Shown here piece by piece: positions 51,149-64,000 of a stretch of 64,000 nucleotides of DNA. The position numbers and the translations under genes were made by a program. The notes below the pieces were generated by a model, which was not told the origin of the DNA, did not search any database, and worked only from the letters and a program-made list of their open reading frames with translations. Each line of letters starts with the position of its first letter. The stretch's first letter is position 1. Source of the DNA: Octopus bimaculoides (taxonomy: Eukaryota); the NCBI RefSeq assembly GCF_001194135.2, contig NC_068989.1, forward strand, positions 93,748,269 to 93,812,268, written 5' to 3'.

Positions 51149-52449
51149 CCTAGTATATATAATACGAAGGGAAATAGGTGACGAGTGAGATAAGCGAAAT
51201 GCAGCACTGCGTAAATGCAATAATACAGCAGAAAGCAGGTACGAGTAAAATATATATTGAAGGATGGTAACAAAGCGAGGAGGGAAAGTTCCTGATAAAT
51301 ATAAAACAATGGGCAGAAGATGAAGATACTCCATATATGGAGAAGAACAAACGATGTTGGCACAATTAAGAAAATATATGATACATTAATTAGTGTTCTT
51401 AAGTTGAAACGTTCTCTCTAAACGAAACTTCACACTAATCAATATCCACTGCCATTGGGTGTAGATTTAAAACGAACGAAGTTGTATATATTCAAGTGAA
51501 AACAGTATAATTAAATGGAAACGTGAGTTGAATTACAAGGCAAAACTATTTAATAGATTTTATATCATAGCACATTTTATATATTTATGTTATCTAATTA
51601 CTTTCCAAATTAACACAGATTACGATGTTATGAGAACAATTTTAATAGTTCATTAGTCAGTAGATGTTTTGTATGCATATATATGAGCGTGCGTGTGTGT
51701 GTGTGTGAGTGTGTGTACCTATATATATGTACATTCACACATGTATAAATCCGTTTCATATAGATCAGTCGAAAGAAAGATTACTTTATACTATTTTCAA
51801 ATTAATAATATACACTGCATTTACATTGCTGTAGTTGGTCTCTGTATGACTCAGAATTTCCCGAATGATCGTGTGGGCACATGGGCGAATCTCCACAATA
51901 GTAAGAGACTTGAACGAAGAAAATATATACCCATTATATATATATATATATATATATNNNNNNNNNNNNNNNNNNNNNNNNNNNNNNNNNNNNNNNNNNN
52001 NNNNNNNNNNNNNNNNNNNNNNNNNNNNNNNNNNNNNNNNNNNNNNNNNNNNNNNNNNNNNNNNNNNNNNNNNNNNNNNNNNNNNNNNNNNNNNNNNNNN
52101 NNNNNNNNNNNNNNNNNNNNNNNNNNNNNNNNNNNNNNNNNNNNNNNNNNNNNNNNNNNNNNNNNNNNNNNNNNNNNNNNNNNNNNNNNNNNNNNNNNNN
52201 NNNNNNNNNNNNNNNNNNNNNNNNNNNNNNNNNNNNNNNNNNNNNNNNNNNNNNNNNNNNNNNNNNNNNNNNNNNNNNNNNNNNNNNNNNNNNNNNNNNN
52301 NNNNNNNNNNNNNNNNNNNNNNNNNNNNNNNNNNNNNNNNNNNNNNNNNNNNNNNNNNNNNNNNNNNNNNNNNNNNNNNNNNNNNNNNNNNNNNNNNNNN
52401 NNNNNNNNNNNNNNNNNNNNNNNNNNNNNNNNNNNNNNNNNNNNNNNNN

Positions 52450-52497
<48 letters not shown>

Positions 52498-53939
52498 ACC
52501 AACATTTACAGAGAAAGGATTGCTCAATAATGGCATGTATTAATATTTGAGGATTATTATTTCCTGCATGCTAATGTAATATATAGATTTACAATTTCAT
52601 AAATGCGTCGCAACTTTTTCTTTACTCTCCCTCATAAATGAATTGCTGTGCTAACAATTCATTAAATCGCAGAAATTGCTTTGCTTATATTTAACGTCAG
52701 TTTTCTACTTGTTTATGCATATCTGTGTGTATGTATTTAAAAGCCGTGTGCGTTGCTCTGAAAAAATGTTATTCATAATAATGTTTGCAGTATGATTTCA
52801 TCGCTTACATTCTACTTATAATAATATATTGGCAAACTACCCATTTTGCTTAAATATCCTGCTGCTGGAGTCTTATGTAAAATGTAAACAACATATTTTA
52901 ATCAAAATCTATTGGATGTATGTTCTTCAATATGAATATATCTTCCACTGTCTTTAATCTTCAACGTAAACAAACTCCTGGCGAAAAATATGACGGGTTT
53001 TTACATAATTTTAATTGCATATTGAGCCACCTATGAAGAACCAGTTTTTATTTATTGTAATACTTCTCAATTTTTTTTTACTTCTTAGTAATCTAGAGAC
53101 ATAAAAATTCTTGGCATATTTCTCAAAGGAAGTAAAATATATTTCTTATTTTACATGGCAGGTTAACAAAACTCCGTTTTAAAGATTAAAATTTCAAGAA
53201 AGAGAGAAAACAATTATTTTATTATTAGTGATTGTGTATCAGAAATATGAAGTTTTAAATTGTGGTTTTGAAATGCACAGCGCACTGCTTGAATGAATAG
53301 AGAGGATTGTATTCGTTTTGCGATTTTCAAACTTTAAACAACAATAACGAAGAAGTGATATGCGTAGAAGAAGCTGATATGCTATTTGCCACGAAGAGGA
53401 AGAATGTAAAATTTTCAGGTGCTTCACCTTTGTCTACAGTGAAGGCAGAGAATATATTTTGCTCTGATTTTAGACAAGTAAAACTAAATCCCCTTCCAAC
53501 TATCTCAAAGGAAAAAAGTCTTAGATTTTCAGATTTTTATCTTCAAATCAATTTTGATTTTTACCGAAGCAAATCACGAACAATGTTCTCCAAAGCAAGA
53601 TTTTATCTGAGCAAATTAAACATATTGTGTGGCTTAAAATCTTGGTAAATGAAATCTTTGAAGTTTGCTAGCGATTCTTTATAATAAATACAGAAAATTT
53701 CAAATTTTAGCACAACGTCTGCAATTTCAGGGTCAGGGGGCTTGTTCATTCAATTAACCTAGTACTTTATTTTATCGAACTCGAAAGGGTAAAAAACAGA
53801 GCTTCAACAGTATTTGATGTGAAAACCCGATAATGCTGCACTAGCGATTCTGTCCGCTTGCTGCCCTTGCGATACATAGAAATAATTATCGTTGATTGCT
53901 AAGCTGTTATAGACTCAACTCAATCATCTCCTGCCAGAA

Positions 53940-54130
53940 AGCGGTGAGTTGGCGAAACGTTATGCCGGACAAAATCCTTTACATCCTTTCGTCCGTGTTT
54001 CCGTTTTCAGATTAAATTCAGCTGAGGTCGATTTTATTTTTCATCCTTTCCCGGTCGATAAAATACGTGCCACTCATATACTTGGGTCGACGTAACCAAC
54101 TGTCTCCCTCCTCTCGAAACCTACAGGCCC
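53940..54130 (+). mobile_element. Family B SINE (diverged)
   Basis: gcggtgagttggcgaaacgtt..gccggacaaaat...aaattcagctgaggtcgattttatttttcatcctttcccggtcgataaaatacgt. Confidence 0.75.
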
Positions 54131-55651
54131 TTATCTAAGATTAGAGACCGTCTACTGTCATCATGCAGAATACAAATTGAACTACTTTCTCAGAAACTAC
54201 TGCCGAATAAATTTCTGTTCTCAGATCAGCGTTTATCTAGAACTCGATAAGATCATCCATTATTTTAGAAATAACAGTTAAAATATCTTCTACGTCTTCG
54301 GTAATGATATGGCATAATTTGAGGGATAACGAATTAGGAGGTATTATTTTCTCATTCCTAACTCAAATTAGATTATGAATTTGCCTTATCGAATAATTAA
54401 CTTTTATTCATTGATTGCGGACGCTAGTAAAACAGTCATAGACTAAACGCTATTATAGTCCTACATTTTTTTCCGCGCAAAAGCTTGTGCGATTTTAGAG
54501 ATGCTTGGACAAAACATTTCTTCTCTTTTAGGTAGGGGAAGACAACGCCAATAACTGGCTGCAGAATGCCCGTGAGATAGAGGGAGATATCCTGAAATCG
54601 GAAACCTGATATAAATACTTACAGTATATTGAACTCTTCTAAAGGTAGCCAAGTTACAAGATGGTGGCCTTAAACCAGACGACGGCTTAAGTTTACCATC
54701 TATTGTAGGCTGTGGCAGAATTTGAACTCAGAACATAAACGACAGGAAAAAACACCGCAAGGTATCCAGGCATGTTTCTCTTTCTTCAAGCTATCACACA
54801 GATTTTGTTTTCTACTCCAAAAGGAAGGAAACCTAAAGTGACCTTAGCACGATTTGAACTTGGAATATGATTTGTTGGAGGAAATATAACTAAACGTGCT
54901 GTTTGCCGCCATAACTGATCCACCGATTTACCGCCGGCAAATACATGCAAAATAACCAATTTAAGGCATTGATATCGGCTCACAGCTTTAGAATTCTACT
55001 TTGTTGTATTCGCTTCGTTGGATTCGCATTAATTCGTTGAAATTTATCCAAACTCACGAACTATAACGTAAAATATTTGCTGACGCGCATCAGTTGCAAG
55101 TTTTTATGAATATGTATTTACTTATAACTAAAATGTAAGTTTGTCTTCAGCTAATCGACATAGAAGTTACTGGCAGCCTGTGGCAAAGTTGCCGGTGACA
55201 TAATCAAATCGTGTTCAATGTTACGTGTGTATTAGATAACAGGGAAAGTAGAGTTAAACACCGGATACGTTTGATCAGGTGAAAAGATTAACATTAAGTT
55301 TTCTCACCAGCAGAAAAATCAAAGGAAACTTTTGTGAGAGAAACAACGATATGAAAAGTACATCTAATCGAAGAGAAAATAAAAAAAGTGCACATCTGAT
55401 TGAATGTATATAATAAAAGATAGAATATTAAGAAACAAATCTTGTCTCGATTTTTTTTTTTCCTTTCCCCCATTTTTTGAAAAAAAAAAGCCCCGTAAAC
55501 ATTTGCTTTGTGGCATTTCTATCAATGTTTAATATCTCCTTCTGACAGATGTAGAAGGATAATCAGATAAAATACATTAGAATAATTAAGAATGGATTTT
55601 TGTGTCATTTCCTTTCACCTACCTAAGAAAGAAATAAAGGCTGCAGTAGAG

Positions 55652-55819
55652 GAAGAAGAAGAAGAAGAAGAAGAAGAAGAAGAAGAAGAAGAAGAAGAAG
55701 AAGAAGAAGAAGAAGAAGAAGAAGAAGAAGAAGAAGAAGAAGAAGAAGAAGAAGAAGAAGAAGAAGAAGAAGAAGAAGAAGAAGAAGAAGAAGAAGAAGA
55801 AGAAGAAGAAGAAGAAGAA
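55652..55819. repeat. Perfect (GAA)n of about 55 units
   Basis: Visible. It explains the poly-E ORF 55592-55951. Confidence 0.95.
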
Positions 55820-56934
55820 ATCTGTGATTTTTTTTTAATAAGATTTGATGAAAATAATAAGAAAAGAGAATTTCTATTATTGGTTTTGTATGCTTTTAGA
55901 TTTCATAGACACAACGCCTATGAAAAGAATAATCCCAATTATAAATGGTAGAACGAAAACTAAATAGGAAAAAAATAATAAAATCAAACATTTATTTTAT
56001 TTTTGAAATGTATAATTTCTCCATTCTTTTCCTTTTTACAACTAGCTATGTACTTTAAGTATTTCTTGCGTTGCTTTGTCGCAAATTCTGTTTTAAATAT
56101 ATATTATTCTATTTTCTCTATCGCATATGTTGTGTTTTTGTTTTTCAGTCTTTCGACATCTCTTTCCCGGGGTTTTTCTGCAGGCCAATTCATCTTTATA
56201 AAACTGAAAAAAAAAAAAGACACAAAAGCAATAGAAACTAAACAACAACACAAGAATGAATTCTTTATGTTGCAATGAAAACTTCAAGAAGCAATGAATA
56301 AATAAACGTTTAGAAAAAAAATTTGCGAATTGCTGCAAGGAGATAAGTTTATATTTGCATATTAAATGGATTATCAATAAAATGTATATGATAACAGTGT
56401 TTTCTGTTTAGATCTACTAGAAAAAGCGAGATAATCAAACAATCTTGTATTTAGATCAAGCAAAACTTGAATAATAACTAGCAGTTTTATATTGAGAAAT
56501 TAAGAAAAGTTAATGAAACAATTCCTTAATTGAAATAATAGGCAAAGACAAACAGGCTGAACATATTGTATGTATTAATAGTTGGTATTATATGAGTATT
56601 GTTTTGTTCTATGTATCTTATGTTTACAATGCTGCAAACGAATACAACCTTGATCTGACATATTCAGAGTTAATACTAATCTCAATGCCCTGACATGGAA
56701 TAAATTCCTCTTTGTAGAGATATTTAGAATATCACTGGTATAAATTTCGTAAATGCATAGTTTGTATTGCTAGTTCGCAGAATGAGTAGCAAAGAAGTAC
56801 ATCCATTCGCGTTTATCACTGATTTATTTAACACCTACCTGGAATAACACGGTAGGCTCTGTAGTTATGTGTTACGCTTATCACGAAGAAATATGTGATA
56901 ACACGAGTCACTGATCTTCCAAAGATTCTCCTGA

Positions 56935-57085
56935 AACCACAAAAGCACACCCCAAAGACCATCCATAATCCTCAGAAGAACTTGGTGGGGCGCTCTTGGA
57001 ACATAACACGTTTTCTCCTGATCTTCTATTATTTACAACAATGCCACGGTGTTTTTTGGAACTAAGCATCCATGGTGAACGGAGT
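56935..57085 (+). mobile_element. Mariner transposase C-terminal remnant
   Basis: The translation SEELGGALLEHNTFSPDLL...IHGER resembles LEELGWExLEHPPYSPDLAP...HGxRF. Confidence 0.55.
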
Positions 57086-58271
57086 AGGTGGGTGAGTGTG
57101 TTGTATTCAAAGACAGTGTGAAATAATACCACACATGAAGGGAAGTGAATGTAGTCAAATGCTGAGTATGTAGTGAATATGCAAGATTATTCTAGAAATA
57201 AAAGCTCCTGTACCATATTAAATGACTTGAAATATTCTTCAGAAATGCATAAAAACCACTGTTTATCTTTTCTCTTCGTAATATTGGATTTCACGTTTTA
57301 TTTGCAAATAAATCCGAGACTTCTTACGTATACCAGCTTTCCTAACAAATCAATATTGGTTTCAAACTTGTGGAACATTTTTATTGACACGATTCTTGCC
57401 AATGGAGTTTGTTCCAGACTTTTCTTTTTTGAATCTTACCGGGAATGTTATTCAGATTAGAACTAAAATTAAATCTGCAAATGACCGTTTGGTTTTCTTT
57501 GTTTAGGAGTCAATTAAGGTTACGACTGGTATAATCATTGCAGAGCTGGATAGAATACCTTGAGATAGTCGTTCTGTAATTCTTCTTTATGAGATCAAAT
57601 TCTGCGGCAGTCAATTTTGTCATCAATGGCTTCATGCCCGTTAAGTAAATAATGTATGGAGCTGGCAGCAATGAAATGGGGGCAATGAATAGACAGTGTT
57701 GACTAGCAATAAATCTATGTAGATATTTAGATATGCAGTTGGAGAGTAAAGATTGGTTCATACTTTTTCCCCTTCCTGCATCGTGCTCTTCCATTATGTT
57801 GCTCATATTTCTAGGAAAGGCATAAAAGCCACGATATCTCATTTCTGTCTCGTCATATTTGTGTTATCTCATTTTATTGTTATATACATCTGAGTCTTTA
57901 AGTGTATATTTTAAATAGATATTGATTCATTGAAGATTGCTGAGGAAATTTATTGCGACGACTTTCGTCCTTGGAATTGCTTCGAGACAGTTTCCTTTCA
58001 TCTTCATGAAATATCAGTGAATATTCCATGAAATTTGATGAACAGATAAAATTCTTTCGAAAGACAAATAAAACAATTACAAACTTTTAAATACTTTTGT
58101 GAGATTTATCGTCTGATAGTTTCACTAATGATATCAGGCGATGCAATTAATACATACAGCGTTTTTCATTTGATATTCGTTCTTTACTAACTGTCGTACG
58201 TCGTATATTGAAATATATTTCACTGCTACAACGAGTTTATGCAGTGATTATTTATTCTTTTATCTTCTATT

Positions 58272-58518
58272 TGTTTTATTCATTAGACTGCTGCCATGCT
58301 GGAGCACCGCTGTGAAGAATTTTTAGTCGAACAAATAAATCCCAGCACTTTTAAAAATCTGGTACTTATTGTATCGGACTTCTTTGCTGAACCGCTAGAT
58401 TATGTGGACGTAAGCAAACCAAAAACAGTTCTCGAGACGTGGTGGAAGACAAACACAAACATAAACACACACATTCATATATATTTATATATACACGAAT
58501 CTTCTTTCAGTTTCCGCA
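58272..58518 (-). mobile_element. Family A SINE right half (diverged)
   Basis: gccatgctggagcaccgc...ttagtcgaacaaat...ggtacttattgtatcgg...gctgaaccgctag...cttctttcagtttccg. Confidence 0.75.
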
Positions 58519-59044
58519 GTCTTTCAGAGTTAAGTTAAACAAATCAATTCCAGTTAAGGTTAGAATTTATTCTGTCTATTATTTTAGCGGGCTGTTAGGT
58601 TACGGGTGCGAAGTCCAACAGAAAGAAGCAGATACACGCTCACATATGTGACTGGCTTCCAAGCAGATACTGTGAGCCAAATTCAGTCACAACAAATTAA
58701 TCGACTCAGGCCTATAATTGATGATAATTCATCACTTTCCCGTAGTATCCTCAGTCCTCTGCACACTTTCCCGCAGCCAATTTCCAGTCACAAGACATTA
58801 GTCCACTCAAAGCTCTAATACTAGTAGTAAAAATACATGTCCAAGGTAAGGCGCGATCATGGTTTAATGTAATTGCAAATTAATCTTATTAATCAGAAAG
58901 CCATACAAATCCCGATGTGTCTGTTTATGATTTTAGTCCAATAATTGTTATCAAATGCCAACGAGTACTTGGTATCGTGTGATAAACCTAAGTATTATAT
59001 TAGGCGTGTCAACTATGTTTGGACACATAATTCTTAAGAGATAA

Positions 59045-59217
59045 GAGGCGCAGGCGTGTTTGTGTGGTAAGAAGTTTGCTTTCCGACCACATGATTTGTG
59101 GTTCAGTTCCACTGCATGGCACCTTGGGCAAGTGTCTTTTACTATAACCTCGGGCCGACCAAAGCTTTGTGAGCGTATTTGGTTGATGGAAACTGAAAGA
59201 AGCCCGTCGTATATATT

Positions 59218-59248
<31 letters not shown>

Positions 59249-59460
59249 ATATGTGTCTCTGTTTTTCTTCCTCCACCGTTGGACAACCGGTGCTGGTGTG
59301 ATTATGTCCCCGTAACTTAGTGGTTCTGCAAAACGGAACCGATAAAATAAGTCCCAGTCTTTAAAACCGTAAGTATTGGGGCGATTCGTTTGACTAAAAT
59401 TCTTGAAGGTGGTGCTCCAGCATGGTAACAGTTAAATGACTGAAACATGTAATAGAGAGA
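59045..59460 (+). mobile_element. Family A SINE, full length
   Basis: aggcgcaggcgtgtttgtgtggtaag...ggttcagttccactgcatggcaccttgggcaagtgtctt...gaagcccgtcg (TA)n ... ggtggtgctccagcatgg..gactgaaaca. Confidence 0.9.
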
Positions 59461-59689
59461 AGGAAAAGAAAACATATTACATGATTCAAATATAGATTAT
59501 TAGCTTGGGGTGCAAATTTCAGCATGTCCCTTCGCCTTGAAGTAGGCAACAAGACACACATTCTAGTGTAATTCTCCTCCGAAGAAATCTTGATCTTGGC
59601 AGGTTTACCAGAAGATTAATCATCATGTGATATCTTAAGCAACAGAGAGTGACAAAATGGAATCTTTTCTACTCTAGCAAAAAGGCCAG

Positions 59690-59865
59690 ACATTTTGGTG
59701 AAAAGGCCAATCGATTAGATCGACTCTAGTACGCTATTGGTACTTGATTTATCGATCTCGAAAGGATGAAAGGCAAAGTCAAACACGGCGGAATTTCAAC
59801 TCCGATGAAACACGGTTAAGCGTTTTGCCCGGAGTGCTAACGATTCTGCCAGCTCGCCGCCTTCG
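59690..59865 (-). mobile_element. Family B SINE
   Basis: Minus: aaggcggcgagctggcagaatcgttagcactccgggcaaaacgctta...tccgccgtgtttgactttgcctttcatcctttcgagatcgataaatcaagtacc. Confidence 0.85.
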
Positions 59866-60434
59866 AGGAGACAAAATAGAATGGAAAACATGATATGAAA
59901 CAAGCGATGCAGATATTCGAAAAATAGGGAATATAATGAATACGCGGGAAATGAGTCTTAAAACTAATTAGAAATATGCAAATGAAAAGAAAACTTAACA
60001 AAAGCCCAGAATTAATGAAATAGAGCATTATAGGTGAGAGAACATAATTCAACAGAAAATAAATCTCCCAAAGATAGCGGTGTGGTAAATTCTCCGATAG
60101 GTGTGACAGTGAGGTAAGTTTCCTTCGCATATACACGGTTCCTGCAGCTAACAGAAGCCTGTCACACACATATATATGTGAATATACATATGTGTGTGTG
60201 TGTGTGTGTCCCTCTCCCACCACGTGATCGCTGTCCGGCCAAGGCATTGTCGTCCTGTTTCGACCGGCCGTCATCCAGACCGGGCACGCTCGTCTGGACT
60301 CCCGCTCGGTGGAAGTGAAATGCGGGTAAAAATTAATGATTTTTTTAATTAACAATAAATCTATCAGTTAAATGTTCTTTCTAAATTCGCAAAAGAGCCT
60401 CGTGGGCCTCCTATCATATCAATACTATATGTGT

Positions 60435-60795
60435 GTGTATAAATGTTTATATATGGTTCAATGTTTGCAGCCTGGGGCTTATAATCGTGAACGTTGTGAG
60501 TTCGATTTCAGGACTGGACGGTGTGTTTTGTTCTTGAGCAAGACACTTTATTCCACGCTGTTCCAGTTCACTCAGCTGTAGAAATGAGTTTCAACGTCAC
60601 TGGTGCCAAATTGTATCGGCCCCTTTGTCTTTCCCTTGGATAACATCAGTGGTGTGGAGAGGGGAGGCTGGTATGCATGGGTGACTGCTGGTCTTCCATA
60701 AACAAACTTGTCCATTTTTGTTCCACAGGGGGGGGGGGATTTTTTCTAGGGGAAATCCCATGGTCATTCATGACCGATGGGGGTCTTTACCCGTA
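60435..60795 (+). mobile_element. tRNA/CORE-type SINE (family C)
   Basis: B box gagttcgatttc, CORE-like gttcttgagcaagacactttattccac...gttcactcagctgtagaaatgag, and a tail ending tcatgaccgatggggtctttacc. Confidence 0.75.
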
Positions 60796-61689
60796 AATTA
60801 TATATATATATATAAATACATATGTTGTGAAAGCAGACCATTTTTGAAATATATGTATATATATATATATGAATACGCATAGATATATATGTATACATTT
60901 TCATTTGTGTACGCTTGCAAATATGTGTACGTGTGTGTGTGTTTTAAATATGTTTTGTTAATGTCTGATAAAGGTAACTCTCAGCATCCTCGATATAAAA
61001 TATTCCAACAGACACAGCATCTCTCACTGAACCTATAAAATCCAAAACATTTCAACTCTTAAGCCATTATATGTTCCTTTTGAATAGGAGGAGAATCTTT
61101 AGAAATGCGAAAGCCGTTATTGAGTAAATATCTTTTTATAACAACAGGTTAAGCAAGCCAGTAGTAATATAAAATTATGATTGTGTACAAGAATCGGTAG
61201 ATGTTGTTGAATGAATTTATAAGATGTTATAGTAATCAGCGTATTGTTGATATCTTTCATAGCTTTTAAAATTCGCCAATAAAATATTTTTGTCATCAAA
61301 GAGCTTTTGTTAGATTCGAGTTTCTGAAATCAATAGATAGAATAGTAAAATTGTTTCATTGCAGTCCTTATCAATAATAATTTCGTTTCATTATAATAAA
61401 CACAAAAGAACAGAGTAGATTTACACTCAGTATCCTACGTTATATTATGGTTTATAATGTTATAGTACTGCCACTGACAACGTGAAGAGGTTTGCGAAGG
61501 AGCTCATTGTTAATGCAACGAAATACAAACCGGTGGAATCAAGGATCGCGCTCAGTTTCAAGAACTAATGGTCCATACATTTAACCTTGAAATGATACGG
61601 TTCAAGGCCAGTAGGAAGTGCACTTTAGTGACAATATTAAACATTTCGCCATGCTGAGGCAAGGGTTTGAAAGGTTCAATCAAACAGAT

Positions 61690-62030
61690 CGAATCCAGTG
61701 CTGAAATTTAAAAAAAATATAATTGATGTTTATTCTTATGGTCTTTTGCCGAAACGCTAGTTAGGAGGACGTAAACAAATCTGCACAAGTTGTTAATCGA
61801 GGGTTTGACAAACACATATGCATATACATATACGTATACACACACACACTCGCACATACACACACATTAAATGACGGGCTTCGAAAGAGACTAAGCCTAC
61901 CAAATTCACTTAAAAAGTTTAGGTTGGTCTTGGGTTATAGGAGGAGACACTTGCTTAAAATGCTGCACAATCGATTTAAACCCGAAAGCATGTTGATACA
62001 AATCAAGTTTCTTAACCACACAACGATCCT
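61690..62030 (-). mobile_element. Old family A SINE
   Basis: Degenerate ttttgccgaaacgctag..gacgtaaac...atgacgggctt...ctaccaaattcact...gagacacttgc...cttaaccacaca. Confidence 0.65.
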
Positions 62031-64000
62031 TGTGCACATTTTGGAAAAAATACTGAAAATTAGTGTCTCCTCTTTCCATATTAAGGTCAGAATTTCCCAC
62101 GGACTTACTTTTAAGAAAATTTATGTTACATAATCGAGAATAATCACATAAAACGGGGGACACTAGTTTCAGCAATTTAAATCCTCGTTAATTCTTTGGG
62201 GATAATGGATTTTGACGTTAATGTTCAGATATAAATATCATATGAATAAAATTGTGGAACGTTTGGTAGCTTCCGTTTAGTAATTCTGATTTCATTTATC
62301 CAGCGCTGTTTCTGTAATTGTCAACCACACAGTTGTTTCTAAAAGTCATTGAAGCAAAATTAACCAATATCTCATTATCTCATTTCTGACAGTTTCAGTA
62401 ATACCCTACAAATACAGACAGCAAACTGCGAATTTCTGCTTCTGAAACGAAAACAACGTATCGTTTTCTTCTTGTATAATATTTATGTCTGTTTTTCTGT
62501 CATATTTAACAAAGAGTTATGTTTACAACATTCACAACATTCATGCATCTACATTGAACACACGAGTCTTTCAACAGTTACCTTGTTCAACCGGGATTAA
62601 TCAATTCCGCTAGAATCTATATTTTCTTGCTCAACTGCCAAAAGAGTAATCGAAGAACCATTTTCAATTTGTTTTACATTAGAGCAGCAGCTATAATATA
62701 AATTGAAATTACTTTGTTTGTAATGTATGAAGTTGTCAAATGACCGTTACAACTGATATGAGTCTTCCTATTGTAACGAATTCAAAGCCGAATAGCTAGT
62801 TAGGTGAGTAGATATCACGACCCTGCCACAGTAGTATCACGTGATCGACCGATTAATCGACCAATTAGCGTCAAACTGTCCCGTGAATGAATTTCTAGAA
62901 CTTTGATTTTGTGCCTATTTAAAGCCACTTTTGTCGCTAATTCATTGCAAAGTATTGGAAGGTGGCTGAGTGAGAGGCGCCTCCACTCTAGCCAGACAGC
63001 CCACGCAGACGGCTAACACAAATTGTAGAATGCTGAAGCAGCCGCTTTAATGTTTCCACTCCCATGACAGTCATTAATACAGCGTAATTATTTTCCAGTT
63101 GTGATTCGCCAGCTACTGATTGATACGTAGCTGTTATATCGCCGTAAATTCCAGTATTTCCCAGAGATTAATCGCTATTATTTTTCATCCAAAGACCAAC
63201 AGATAAAACAATAGGTGCAGTAATTAAAACTTCCGTTAATTGTTTGTGAATGTTGTTAATTATTTTTATGCGCAATCTTAGTAAGAAATTTTCATTCTCC
63301 ACCAAAACATAAGTACATCCTCAAAACATTGGTGACTCCGAACATAATACCTCTTGGTCGGCTAGATAGAGGTCCCCCAAATCTGGCTGGAATCAGAGAA
63401 CCTAAAAAGCTGGAATATTGCAATGATTCATTCTGAGTTTTGTGTGGTAAGTATTAGGTTATGAGCTTTGTTCCAAGCCTCTGGTCATTTCTTCAAAGGG
63501 ATGAATGGAGAAATTAGATGCAGCGAGATTTAAGCTCAGAATAGCAAGAACTGAAAAATACCACAATGCATCTTGTTCTTTGTAGTAATGATTCTGTCAA
63601 CCCACGCCCCCTGGACTGGCAATTTGTGGTATCCGCACTTGAAGAGTAGATTACTTGGGCTGGTCTTTAATTCAAAATGCAAGCGATAATCTGATTAATT
63701 CTTACAGCCTTATGCTATTTGTTATTCACTTCCAAAGTATGAAACCCAACTCAATCGATATTGAGAGAAAGTTGAACATTAAAATGTAAGGAGACTTAAC
63801 TCAGTAATATTCTAAATATTGTTAGCTATCGTTCTATGTAGCAAGTGATTTCCCCGGGACATGTCAAGAGATGAATGTCAGTTTGAACCTAAATTGTTTC
63901 CAATCTGTAATTTTTATTCTGTCACACCTACCACATCGATATCATCCCTGCGTGTTTGTTCCATTTCACTCACAATAAATAATAATTTTGGGAGTTTCTA

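Noticed and set aside
57510-57842. 110-aa minus ORF in unique sequence
   Set aside because: No motif or splice support was found, so it cannot be supported without a homology search.
32066-60795. tRNA-like A/B boxes (32066, 32505, 51148, 60435, and the family A/B heads)
   Set aside because: They do not form full cloverleaves and continue into SINE bodies, so they are not tRNA genes.

Overview
AT-rich, repeat-dense eukaryotic scaffold with 14 N-gaps, nearly all next to microsatellites. The microsatellite density and SINE families point to a cephalopod, probably Octopus (inference). No host protein-coding gene can be confidently called. Most long ORFs in the track are microsatellite or N-gap artefacts, and the rest could not be assigned to a host gene. 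The window contains: (i) about 15 copies of a bipartite tRNA/CORE-type SINE with an internal microsatellite; (ii) about 12 copies of a second tRNA-type SINE; (iii) a few other tRNA-head SINEs; (iv) 3' remnants of R4/Dong-type LINEs sitting at (TAA)n tracts; (v) RTE-type and L1/Tx1-like LINE fragments; (vi) three mariner transposase remnants, one near full length and interrupted by a fold-back MITE; (vii) small Penelope/retrozyme-like elements. The most notable signal is an intact minimal type I hammerhead ribozyme motif (39682-39727, minus strand). It lies in a 174-bp insert with a 13-bp target-site duplication and an inverted tail, nested inside a second element family that carries decayed hammerhead motifs. 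A few weak splice-bounded exon candidates and enhancer/CpG-like unique segments are flagged at low confidence.
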